A stretch of DNA of 63,474 bases from an uncultured Methanosarcinales archaeon (GTDB taxonomy: Archaea; Nanobdellota; Nanobdellia; Woesearchaeales; DSVV01): NCBI GenBank assembly GCA_964390375.1, contig CAYMIF010000003.1:1-63474 (forward strand). Direction: 5' to 3'. The notes under the pieces were generated by a model that made no database searches, was not told where the DNA came from, and saw nothing but the letters and a program-made list of their open reading frames with translations. The position numbers and the translations under genes were made by a program. Positions 55,211-63,474 of the stretch are shown one piece after another; position 1 is the stretch's first letter, and the number at the start of each line of letters is the position of its first letter.

Positions 55211-56092
55211 ATGGCGCTACCACAAGACCAGGCAAAGCAGTTGATAGAGAAAAGCTATCCTCAGAAGATAGCTAAAATAGAGAGGATAAGCTCGCACTCT
55301 GATAAGTTCCGGATAATCTTTGAGAAGCCCAAAGAGAGCCCCTGGCTATCGTCCATTTCTCCGGCCTTGCAGCATAAACAAGCAATAGCTATAATCTACC
55401 ATGATTTTGAATATTTCGAGCATGAGGTTGAGATGCTCAGGCTTCTGTCTGGCAAAGGTCTCAGGGTGCCGAAGATAATCTATTCTGATCCATTCGATAA
55501 GCCCGATAAAGGCCAGACCAGCCTAGCCTTATATACAAGGTTGCCTGGAATCCCTCTGTCTCAGTCCAGGATATTGCTTGATGAAAAGAAGACATCATCG
55601 CAGATAATATCTTTCCTGGACCAGCTCCACACGATTAAGATAGCAAAGGAAAAGATATGGAAAAAGAATCTGGCAGATAACTTAAAAGAGCTTCCTAAAG
55701 ACAAGCAGGATTTTCTCTTGACCAATATTCAGGAGCCCAAAGAATACTGCCTGGTTCATGGCGACCTCGCACCGGACAACATATTGATTGATCCAAGAAC
55801 AGGAGCAATAACAGGTTTTGTCGATTTCACGACATCATATTTCGGCGACAGGCTCCAGGATTATTCTGTTTTTTATGTATGGAAAAAGGTCCTGGAACAT
55901 GCCGGCAAGAAGAACATAAGCGCAATCTACGGCAACATATGGAATCGCTTTGCTATGCGTAGCATGATAAATTCATATAATTTCGTAGCATATTACTCTT
56001 CCCTGATCCCGAGATTCAAGGAAAAAGACATCAGATTGATGCTCAACAAGCATCTTCTGGAGCTTCTGTTCACTAATTTCTGTATAAGATAA
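55211..56092 (+). CDS. Aminoglycoside phosphotransferase/choline kinase-like phosphotransferase
   Basis: LRVPKII, LVHGDLAPDNILID (Brenner motif), GFVDF and GDRLQD. Confidence 0.85.
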   Translation: MALPQDQAKQLIEKSYPQKIAKIERISSHSDKFRIIFEKPKESPWLSSISPALQHKQAIAIIYHDFEYFEHEVEMLRLLSGKGLRVPKIIYSDPFDKPDKGQTSLALYTRLPGIPLSQSRILLDEKKTSSQIISFLDQLHTIKIAKEKIWKKNLADNLKELPKDKQDFLLTNIQEPKEYCLVHGDLAPDNILIDPRTGAITGFVDFTTSYFGDRLQDYSVFYVWKKVLEHAGKKNISAIYGNIWNRFAMRSMINSYNFVAYYSSLIPRFKEKDIRLMLNKHLLELLFTNFCIR

Positions 56093-56138
56093 AGTAAATA
56101 ATAATTATAAATCAATAAAACAAATAGAAAAAGGCACT

Positions 56139-56249
56139 CTACTCTTCTTCTTCCTCTTCAACATAGCTCAGACTATCTCTTCCTCTTCTCATGCCCGATG
56201 AATACACATCGTCTAATCGTATTTCAATCCACTCAGTCATCGTTATCAT
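56139..56249 (-). CDS. Small acidic-tailed ORF (36 aa)
   Basis: MITMTEWIEIRLDDVYSSGMRRGRDSLSYVEEEEEE*. GGGGTG lies 9 nt before the second in-frame ATG (56240). It is below the ORF-track cutoff. Confidence 0.5.
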   Translation of the reverse strand: MITMTEWIEIRLDDVYSSGMRRGRDSLSYVEEEEEE

Positions 56250-56367
56250 CACCCCCTGAACTTATTTCGCTGATAAAATTTGACCCTTTATAAAATTTAT
56301 TCTTTATCAGAATCATTGGTTAGTGCATGCATATGTTGATATACAAAAAACACAACAAGTATACTAA

Positions 56368-57447
56368 TCAGGTATTATCTATGCCTGTCTTTTTCATATT
56401 TTTCAGCATAATTAGCAAGAGACCAAGCAATATGCCTATCAGGGCAGCCCAGAACACCAGATAGCTGAACATGAAGATTCGCGAAATTTCATGGATGCTC
56501 AGTTTTATTATAACATTCAGAGGATTGAATACGTATCCTTTTGTGACAATGATGATTATGAAGAGCAATGAAAATATTGTCTGTGCATTCACTCTTTCCC
56601 TGAAGTATACAGAGACAAGAGCAGCAGCAAGAAGCATTGTCAGGTTTATAAGAACAAGTATTGCGAAAAGCTTGATAGGATAGTTGATGTCTATCCCTCT
56701 TGATGTTATGACAAGGATCCATGCACCGATCTGTATGACTGAAAGCAGAAGTGCAGCAGCGATTTTCTGAAGCATGATATTGCTCAGGCTGAATGGTGTG
56801 CTGAGAAGTACGCCTATTGTCTTTTTCTTGAATTCTTCTGTCGTGTTGTCGATGAGCAGTGTTCCGGAAAGATATATCGGCAGGAAGAAAAGGATTGGTA
56901 TCATGATAAGATAGGTGAATTCAAATATCAGCCTTCTGATAGTAAAATCATCTGGGTCCCTTCCGCCCATGACCTCTGTTACAGGATAGTCACGAAGGTC
57001 TGTCCTCTCCTCCCTTTTTATGACTTCGTATTCTTCGAGCATTTTCTTTGACTCAGACATATGAAAGCTTGCCTCAAAGTCTCCTGAATCGATAAAGATC
57101 CTCACGAAATCATAATCAAAATCAAGGTCTCTTTTGTATATCCAGACGACCTCTTCTCCGGATATCTCATCCTGTATGTCTTCTGGTGAGAATTCCTTGA
57201 CCTCTCTTAGTTCAAATCCACGGTTTTCTTTCACGAGCCTGACAAGATCACCTGGATATTCGTTCTCATATATTATCTTCAGCGGGATATCTGATCCAGA
57301 GCTGCCGCCTGGGTTGAATATAACGATTATACCGAATATCGCGACAGTATAGAAAGCTACCATGAATATCTGCAGGAGTACAGTGGATATGAATGTCTTT
57401 TCGCGGACAATGTCTTTTAGGTCTTTTTTGAATATCGAAAGCCTCAT
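56368..57447 (-). CDS. ABC-2 type transporter permease
   Basis: MRLSIFKKDLKDIVREK, multiple TM helices and TEEFKKKTIGVLLSTP. Its ATG overlaps the upstream stop (ATGA) at 57444-57447. Confidence 0.85.
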   Translation of the reverse strand: MRLSIFKKDLKDIVREKTFISTVLLQIFMVAFYTVAIFGIIVIFNPGGSSGSDIPLKIIYENEYPGDLVRLVKENRGFELREVKEFSPEDIQDEISGEEVVWIYKRDLDFDYDFVRIFIDSGDFEASFHMSESKKMLEEYEVIKREERTDLRDYPVTEVMGGRDPDDFTIRRLIFEFTYLIMIPILFFLPIYLSGTLLIDNTTEEFKKKTIGVLLSTPFSLSNIMLQKIAAALLLSVIQIGAWILVITSRGIDINYPIKLFAILVLINLTMLLAAALVSVYFRERVNAQTIFSLLFIIIIVTKGYVFNPLNVIIKLSIHEISRIFMFSYLVFWAALIGILLGLLLIMLKNMKKTGIDNT

Positions 57448-59270
57448 CCGATGCTCACCCCGACCGATGCAGTCAATGCCACGACCGCGATATTGTATAT
57501 GACATGTATTGTGATAGGGATGGCAATCAGGCTCCCAAATCTCATCCTCGTCCTCTTCGCAAGAGCAGCAAAAGCTATGCATGTCAGCGAGTGGAATATG
57601 AACGGCACGATAAGTATGGGTATGACGATTGTGTTGTAGTTTGACACAAGCTCAGGAAGCATCACAAGCAGCATGGCCTTCTCAGCAAGCGCAAACCCTG
57701 CACCGGAAAAAGCACCTATCAAAAGAGGGTTCGTCTGGAGTTTGTTTATCCTGTATGCAGAATAGATTGAAATATTCTTCACGATCTCCTCAGTGACCCC
57801 GGCGACGGCGATGAGCGCAAGCATTGGCCAGAAAGGGTTGTCAAAAGGCAGCAACAGGAATATGAGGAACACAGACTCGACAAGGACCACCACAGGAAAA
57901 GACACGAATGAGACCAGGAATATGTTTAGTTTATTCTTAACAATCCTGGAAAGACTGAAATATAGTTTTCTTGGGATGCTGTCGATCAGAAGCCCTTCCT
58001 CACAGAATATCTTAGAGAAGAAATAGTATATTATGATTGACGAAAGAAGTATAGGGATTATCGAAAAAGCGTATAATTGAAGCCCAAGCTCGCCGGATGT
58101 CATGATCTCGGTCACAGCAGATATAGGCGACATGAAAGCTGCGTCATGCAATGATAAAAAGAAGGTCGGAAGCAGCAGGTATCCGATGTATACTGATGCG
58201 ATTGAGGTCTTCAGAAAAGAGATCTCCTTATAGCTTCTCGAGAGAAGCACCAGCGCAAAACAGACCGAGAAATATCCAAGTATAGAGGTCAGTATTGCAG
58301 GGATAGCATATATCACAGACCAGAATTCTGGCCTGACAGCAAAGACAAGAGCAGTCGAGACAATCATTGCAGCGACAAGATATGGCAGGGTCTTGCCGAT
58401 GACGATCTCGCCCCTGGTTATTGCGCAGCTGAAAAGAACAGATGATCTGTTCTTGATCCTTTCGTTGTAGAGCGATGACAGATAGCCGGTGGATATGAAC
58501 ATCAATGGTGTCAGGATAAGAAGGCCGAAGACGATCGACTGCAGCGGGAGTGATATCACAAGATTGCTTGGTGTTGTCATGTCTTCATAATTTGACTGGA
58601 ACAGAAGGTCGCTGACCTGCTTTTGAAAATCATGGTCCTCACCTGTTGCAATTCCTCTCCTGAAATTGTTTATATCCTGCTGCAGCCTGCTCTCGGCATC
58701 AGTCTCCTGCTCAAGGCTTGTGTTGAATTCCTCATAGAACCTTCGTTCATCTGATATTATCTCATTACGGTCAAAAAGCATGACCCACACAGGAAAAAGG
58801 TCATAGAACAGGTCGTCATTCCTGTTGTATTCATGTATGTATAAGTTATAGTTATACTCGCTGACAGCATCGATTATGTTCTTGACTGCCGCATCGTTCT
58901 TGAGCCTTCCTCTGTATCCTCTCTTGTTGCTCATAAGGACAAGATTCTCTTCAGGCATAAGCTCTCCAGGCCCCTGGACCAAGAACAGGCCAGAATCATA
59001 CGACCTGCTGTCATAATCCTCTAAATCGATGATATCCAAAGAAAGCTTGTCATTTGTCCCAAGAACAGATTTTATCTCTTCGGAATTTGTCGCCACGCTG
59101 TATACTGCGTTGTCAGATGCGATTTCAGTGGTCATCGACAAGAAAAAAAGCAGCGAATATACAGCGAGAATTGCCAGGCTGAAGAATATTGTCTTTTTAG
59201 AGATCGTTTTTCTGTTTTTGTATATCTCTTCTTTTGAGATAAGATAGATATTCTTCAGCTTGATTTTCAT
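57444..59270 (-). CDS. ABC-2 permease fused to PrsW-family intramembrane protease
   Basis: The permease has LYNERIKNRSSVL...IVIGKTLPY. The C-terminal domain has AGVTEEIVK, GAGFALAEK, FHSL and HVIYN. Confidence 0.8.
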   Translation of the reverse strand: MKIKLKNIYLISKEEIYKNRKTISKKTIFFSLAILAVYSLLFFLSMTTEIASDNAVYSVATNSEEIKSVLGTNDKLSLDIIDLEDYDSRSYDSGLFLVQGPGELMPEENLVLMSNKRGYRGRLKNDAAVKNIIDAVSEYNYNLYIHEYNRNDDLFYDLFPVWVMLFDRNEIISDERRFYEEFNTSLEQETDAESRLQQDINNFRRGIATGEDHDFQKQVSDLLFQSNYEDMTTPSNLVISLPLQSIVFGLLILTPLMFISTGYLSSLYNERIKNRSSVLFSCAITRGEIVIGKTLPYLVAAMIVSTALVFAVRPEFWSVIYAIPAILTSILGYFSVCFALVLLSRSYKEISFLKTSIASVYIGYLLLPTFFLSLHDAAFMSPISAVTEIMTSGELGLQLYAFSIIPILLSSIIIYYFFSKIFCEEGLLIDSIPRKLYFSLSRIVKNKLNIFLVSFVSFPVVVLVESVFLIFLLLPFDNPFWPMLALIAVAGVTEEIVKNISIYSAYRINKLQTNPLLIGAFSGAGFALAEKAMLLVMLPELVSNYNTIVIPILIVPFIFHSLTCIAFAALAKRTRMRFGSLIAIPITIHVIYNIAVVALTASVGVSIG

Positions 59271-60151
59271 TCATCCTCTTTTGAAAACTCTGTGATGAAA
59301 AGTTTTTGAAGGGAGATCTGTTCTGCGTCGATGTTTGTGATTCTTGTTGTGTCGATCTGGTTGATGTAATCGATCATCTGCTGTTTATCAGAGAATTCTC
59401 TGTGATGTTTCTTTTTATTGTATATGAAATCTAGCTTGTAACCTTTGTATCTTGCTCTTTTCTTGATATTTGGTATCGTATCGCAGATAAGTTCTTTTCC
59501 GTCTTTTAGGATAAGGACCCGATCAGAGATCTCCTCCACCTGGTAAAGATTATGAGCAGAGAATATGATGGTCTTCCCTTCCTGTCTGAGTTTCCTGATA
59601 AATCCCAGGAAGACCGATGTTGTCACAGGATCAAGCCCGGATGTCGGCTCATCAAGGATAAGCAATCTGGGCTTATGCATCAATGCCCGCATGAGAAGCA
59701 CTTTTCTTTTGTTTCCTTTGGACAGGTTCCCTATCTTTTGGTTTATGTCCCTCACTCCAAGGTCCCTGCACATCTCTTCTGCCCGACTGTCTGCTTCTTT
59801 TTTCGGAATAGAATAGAGTTCAGAGAAGAATCTAAGGTAGTGGCGCACGCTCAGGTTCTCATAGAGCGCATTCTCTTCAGGCATGTATCCTATGGCTTTG
59901 TTTATTTTCAGCCTTTCTTTATCAGGATCCATGCCCAGGATAGACACAACACCAGAGCTTTTGTCCACGATTCCGATGATTATTTTCAGAAGTGTCGACT
60001 TGCCAGCTCCATTAGGCCCGATTATCGTGAATATCTCGCCTTTCTTGATAGAGAACCCCAATGAGTCCACAGCCTTGATCTCACCATAGTTCTTGCACAG
60101 TCCCTTTGTTTCCACAACTCTCTCCATCGATAATCGGTTTAGAGTGTTCAT
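59267..60151 (-). CDS. ABC transporter ATP-binding protein
   Basis: Walker A GPNGAGKST, signature LSKGN, Walker B LILDEPTSGLDP and the H-loop SAHNL. Confidence 0.95.
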   Translation of the reverse strand: MNTLNRLSMERVVETKGLCKNYGEIKAVDSLGFSIKKGEIFTIIGPNGAGKSTLLKIIIGIVDKSSGVVSILGMDPDKERLKINKAIGYMPEENALYENLSVRHYLRFFSELYSIPKKEADSRAEEMCRDLGVRDINQKIGNLSKGNKRKVLLMRALMHKPRLLILDEPTSGLDPVTTSVFLGFIRKLRQEGKTIIFSAHNLYQVEEISDRVLILKDGKELICDTIPNIKKRARYKGYKLDFIYNKKKHHREFSDKQQMIDYINQIDTTRITNIDAEQISLQKLFITEFSKEDE

Positions 60152-60263
60152 TTATATATTTTTTTTAATCAATCAATTTATAAATAAAGCCCGCATTTCT
60201 GCACATAAAAGCAGGTGATTTCTATTGACATCCTATCGATGGCATGATAGGGGATTATCTAAT

Positions 60264-61367
60264 ATGCTTGACAAATTCCAGCACCATGTAGATGGGTTGA
60301 ACAGCTCGCTTGAGATGATGCTTCATTCTGTTAGTTCAACTAACACAGTCTCAGAGCCAAGGCTTCTGTCTGATGTGAGCCGGAAAACCTACAAGGTCCT
60401 CTCAGACTTTGTGCTTTGCCCAGGCTCAGACAAGACTCCGAAGAGGCTCAGGCCCCTCTTAGTGGTGCTCACAGCAGAGAATCTTTCACAGGATCTGCCC
60501 CAAGATTACGAAAGCCTCTACCGCGCTGCTCTTGCAGTCGAGCTATATCATAATTCAACATTGGTTCATGATGACATGGTTGACGAGGATGACTGGAGAA
60601 GGGGTCTGCCTTCTGTTCCAAAAGCATGCCAAAACCACTATCCTCAAGATGCGAATGGAGCAAGATATTTCAGGTCTGCTAATATACAGGGTGCATATTC
60701 CCATGCCCTCATGATAGGCAATCTCCTGTCCCATCACGCAATAGAGCAGTTGATGAAAAGCGGCAGCAGGAATACCCCTGAGATCATTTCAGAACTGAAC
60801 CAAGCAGCGATCAGGGTCAACCAGGGTCAGGTCTTGGATTTGCAGCCGATTGAGACTGTTGATGACTATATCACGATGATACATCTCAAGACAGCAAGGC
60901 TTTTCTCAGCCAGTGCAAGGATAGGTGCCTATCTTTCAGATATTCCTGCCAACCAAAAAGACCGATACGCAGACATGGCAGGAGAGATATTCACCCCTGC
61001 AGGGATAGCTTTCCAGGTACAGGATGATATACTGGATATCAGCCCGGATAGAGAGGACAAGAGAGGTTCTGACATAAGAAGCGGCAAGAGGAACATATTA
61101 TATCTTGCTTTGCTGGACACAGGAAATGGGAATGATATAGAAGAATTCAAAAGATATTTCGGAAATCCTAAACTCAGGCCGCAGGAACTTGATATGGCAA
61201 TAGGGATTCTAAAGGATACTGGCGCAGTCGATAAGGCAGAGCAGGTGAGAGATTTGCATTATAGGCGCAGCGATGAACTGCTCAGGTTATTTTTCTCCGA
61301 TTGCCCCAATCAGATTGAATGTGTCTTCCGTGACTATATGGACATGCTCACATACAGGCGAAGGTAA
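60264..61367 (+). CDS. Polyprenyl diphosphate synthase (GGPP synthase family)
   Basis: KRLRP, LVHDDMVDEDDWRRG, GQVLD, KTARLF and FQVQDDILD...GSDIRSGK. Start moved to the ATG at 60264. Confidence 0.9.
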   Translation: MLDKFQHHVDGLNSSLEMMLHSVSSTNTVSEPRLLSDVSRKTYKVLSDFVLCPGSDKTPKRLRPLLVVLTAENLSQDLPQDYESLYRAALAVELYHNSTLVHDDMVDEDDWRRGLPSVPKACQNHYPQDANGARYFRSANIQGAYSHALMIGNLLSHHAIEQLMKSGSRNTPEIISELNQAAIRVNQGQVLDLQPIETVDDYITMIHLKTARLFSASARIGAYLSDIPANQKDRYADMAGEIFTPAGIAFQVQDDILDISPDREDKRGSDIRSGKRNILYLALLDTGNGNDIEEFKRYFGNPKLRPQELDMAIGILKDTGAVDKAEQVRDLHYRRSDELLRLFFSDCPNQIECVFRDYMDMLTYRRR

Positions 61368-61399
61368 TATTTATAAACACCTGTAAAATCTAAAAAACC

Positions 61400-61555
61400 A
61401 TGAAATGCGTTGTATGCAAGGAAAAGGTCCAGGAGACATTTCTGCAGAAACCAGTAGGGACCTATATAAAAGACAGCAAAGGCAAGAAGAAGCTGGTGTG
61501 CAAAGAGTGCCAGAAGAAGCTCGGCTCTAAGGAAAAGATTCTAAAGAAGCTTTGA
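61400..61555 (+). CDS. Small zinc-finger protein (CxxC...CxxC, 51 aa)
   Basis: MKCVVCKEKVQETFLQKPVGTYIKDSKGKKKLVCKECQKKLGSKEKILKKL*. It is below the ORF-track cutoff. Confidence 0.75.
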   Translation: MKCVVCKEKVQETFLQKPVGTYIKDSKGKKKLVCKECQKKLGSKEKILKKL

Positions 61556-61580
61556 AAAGGATGAGGCTTCCTCCGGCATT

Positions 61581-63077
61581 TTATTTATTTTTCCTTTGTT
61601 TTAAGACTGATTTTTGTGTTTTAGCAAGATAAGCGAACCTTTCGCTCGGAAGAGGGACATCTTCTATATATGATATCTGTCTCGGTTCTCCAGGAGGTCT
61701 GTCCTCATAGACCACATTCTCACCCCAAGTGTATTCTGCAGCTAATGTCTTTAGGTCATCGACCGCGCTTTTTGGGCCTCGAAACTTTGCTTTTATCTCA
61801 GAATTCGGATGCTCTCTCTTGAGTCTTTCAAGTTCTTCATTTGGCCTTCCCATCATCTGTAGAACACTTTCAACTTCATATTCTGTGGGGTTCCATATTG
61901 TCCTGCCTTCCGGGTTGGTCCAGCCAAGCAGCAATGATACCATACCATAGGTCTGATTGACTTTAACTGCATAAGTCGATGGTCTTACATGAAAACCAGC
62001 TTCTGGAGGATTAGTGACGACCTCATGATATGGTATGTATCCTTTCCCCTCTATCTTTGGAATCTCTACATCATGTCCGTATGTCAATAGCCTGTGTACA
62101 TATCTTGTCCCGAAGTTTGTGATGAACTCAAGTGCTTCATCTCTTCTTATTATCTTCTCAAAATCCACAAGTTCTCTGTCGACAGCATCAGAATACACAT
62201 GCCTCTCGAAGAAATGTGTCATGTACATTGTCGCTTCAAGGATATCTCTTGAGGCTTGGACAATCGTGCTCAGGCAGGACAGGTCATCATCTATTTTACG
62301 GGCAGGCCTGACTCTGGTGTCATAATCACTTAGCAGTCCATGCACCCTGTTCTTATGATATCTCAATACTCCCTCGGATATCCCTTCCCCTACTATGGCT
62401 TTGACCTCTTCAGCTCTCAGTTCAGAATCATCCTGCGCATCCAGATATTCTCTTGCTATTCTCTTGAAATGAAGACAGAATATGCCTGCCTGCATCTGCT
62501 CTCTTTTTCTTTTCGTACCGTTTCCATTCTCGTCTTCTATATCATCTGTCGGCACGATATCAGTCTCCAGCACAGATTCATCCCCGTTCATGTCTCTTGC
62601 CAGAAGGTCTCGTAATCCTCTGCCTGCTCTTGAAAGAAGATATCTTGAGGGATGAAGGCCCAAAGGTTTAAATCTTGCAAGCAAAGATTGGGACATGCTC
62701 TGCATATGATGGAAAAAGGTTTCTTTGTACAGTTCAACATCCTTTAATATCGATCCGACAAGTTCTTCAGGAAGCCTGCTTTTAGAGAGAGTGTGTTCTG
62801 CAGAGAAGAGATCATATTGTATCACTGCGAAATTCTTGACACCAGACACCAGCTCTTCAATCCCGTGGAACACTCTATTGCTTTCTGCATTATGTCTGTT
62901 GAGCAGGTCCTGAAGCTCTTGTGAATGTGAGGCAGTATCTTCATAGAAATAAGGGTTATGATTTACATTCCTATCTCTGCTTTTCCGAAGCCTCATGAAA
63001 TGGAAGAATGCCTCTTCGAATCTGCTGTCCTGGCGCAGTCTATGTGCAAATTTTCTGGCGTTGACCCTATTCACCAT
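61581..63077 (-). CDS. Hypothetical protein with C-terminal HPr-like phosphocarrier domain
   Basis: AGFHVRPST (HPr His15-like), ESVLQMM (Ser46-like) and KFRGPKSAVDDL. The N-terminal ~370 aa are helical and unrecognised. Confidence 0.7.
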   Translation of the reverse strand: MVNRVNARKFAHRLRQDSRFEEAFFHFMRLRKSRDRNVNHNPYFYEDTASHSQELQDLLNRHNAESNRVFHGIEELVSGVKNFAVIQYDLFSAEHTLSKSRLPEELVGSILKDVELYKETFFHHMQSMSQSLLARFKPLGLHPSRYLLSRAGRGLRDLLARDMNGDESVLETDIVPTDDIEDENGNGTKRKREQMQAGIFCLHFKRIAREYLDAQDDSELRAEEVKAIVGEGISEGVLRYHKNRVHGLLSDYDTRVRPARKIDDDLSCLSTIVQASRDILEATMYMTHFFERHVYSDAVDRELVDFEKIIRRDEALEFITNFGTRYVHRLLTYGHDVEIPKIEGKGYIPYHEVVTNPPEAGFHVRPSTYAVKVNQTYGMVSLLLGWTNPEGRTIWNPTEYEVESVLQMMGRPNEELERLKREHPNSEIKAKFRGPKSAVDDLKTLAAEYTWGENVVYEDRPPGEPRQISYIEDVPLPSERFAYLAKTQKSVLKQRKNK

Positions 63078-63293
63078 TTTATCATCCCTAAACAGTGAAT
63101 ATCCTTTATAAACCTTCCGAGGATAAAATAATACATTTATACCAAAATTACCACTTTTTGAGTAACTGGTTTATAAACCAAAGGAAAAATCAGCTTAAAA
63201 CTATAACATTTTAAGAAAAAATCAGCATTTCACCAGCGTCACTAACAAATCCGTAAAATCTATAAATAAGGTCAAAGTTTTTGATACAGAACC

Positions 63294-63393
63294 GCCCCTG
63301 TAGCATAGTAGCCATTGCGGCAGACTCGTAATCAGCGGCTTGCGCCAACGATAAGAAATCTGCAGGTCGAGGGTGCAACTCCCTCCAGGGGCT
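63294..63393 (+). tRNA. tRNA-Thr(CGU) with 27-nt intron (63331-63357)
   Basis: Acceptor stem GCCCCTG/CAGGGGC, anticodon stem GCAGA/TCTGC, loop CT-CGT-A, T-arm GAGGG-TGCAACT-CCCTC. The intron sits at the canonical 37/38 position. Confidence 0.88.
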
Positions 63394-63474
63394 TTGTTCT
63401 TTTGCGTGGGGCTGATCCGGAGTTTGGTTAGTAAAGTTTAAGTAGCTGAAATTTCAAAGGAGATTTGGTGAAAA

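Noticed and set aside
41910-63393. Hxs locus as an island integrated at tRNA-Thr
   Set aside because: The tRNA 3' end points away from the locus, and no integrase or duplicated tRNA 3' fragment was seen.

Overview
Archaeal DNA, most likely from a DPANN/Woesearchaeota-like lineage. The evidence is archaeal dnaG, rio1, KH/Dim2, top6B/A, an intron-containing tRNA-Thr(CGU) and a TM+'ITGQV' surface protein. (1) Positions 1-24.6 kb are one minus-strand reading frame, missing from the ORF track because it runs off the window. It encodes a >8,200-aa membrane-anchored surface protein with nine LamG domains, beta-helix and GLUG regions, four ~600-aa Gly-rich modules and a 28x pentapeptide N-glycosylation sequon array. 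A tandem-HTH gene precedes it. (2) Positions 25.7-41.9 kb hold mostly housekeeping and glycogen genes. (3) Positions 41.9-60.2 kb hold an expanded His-Xaa-Ser RiPP-like locus: an HxsA precursor with 8 HxS repeats and a Flp-pilin-like leader, HxsB, two HxsD-type proteins and four more radical SAM genes (six rSAM domains in all). The locus also has an A24 prepilin-type peptidase, two PEP-utilizer mobile-domain proteins, a D-2-hydroxyacid dehydrogenase, an APH-like kinase and an ABC exporter with a PrsW-fused permease. (4) A structured non-coding element with covarying stems occurs four times. One copy is a MITE-like unit with 18-bp terminal inverted repeats and a perfect 9-bp target-site duplication. 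All family assignments come from motif recognition by eye; no database searches were run.
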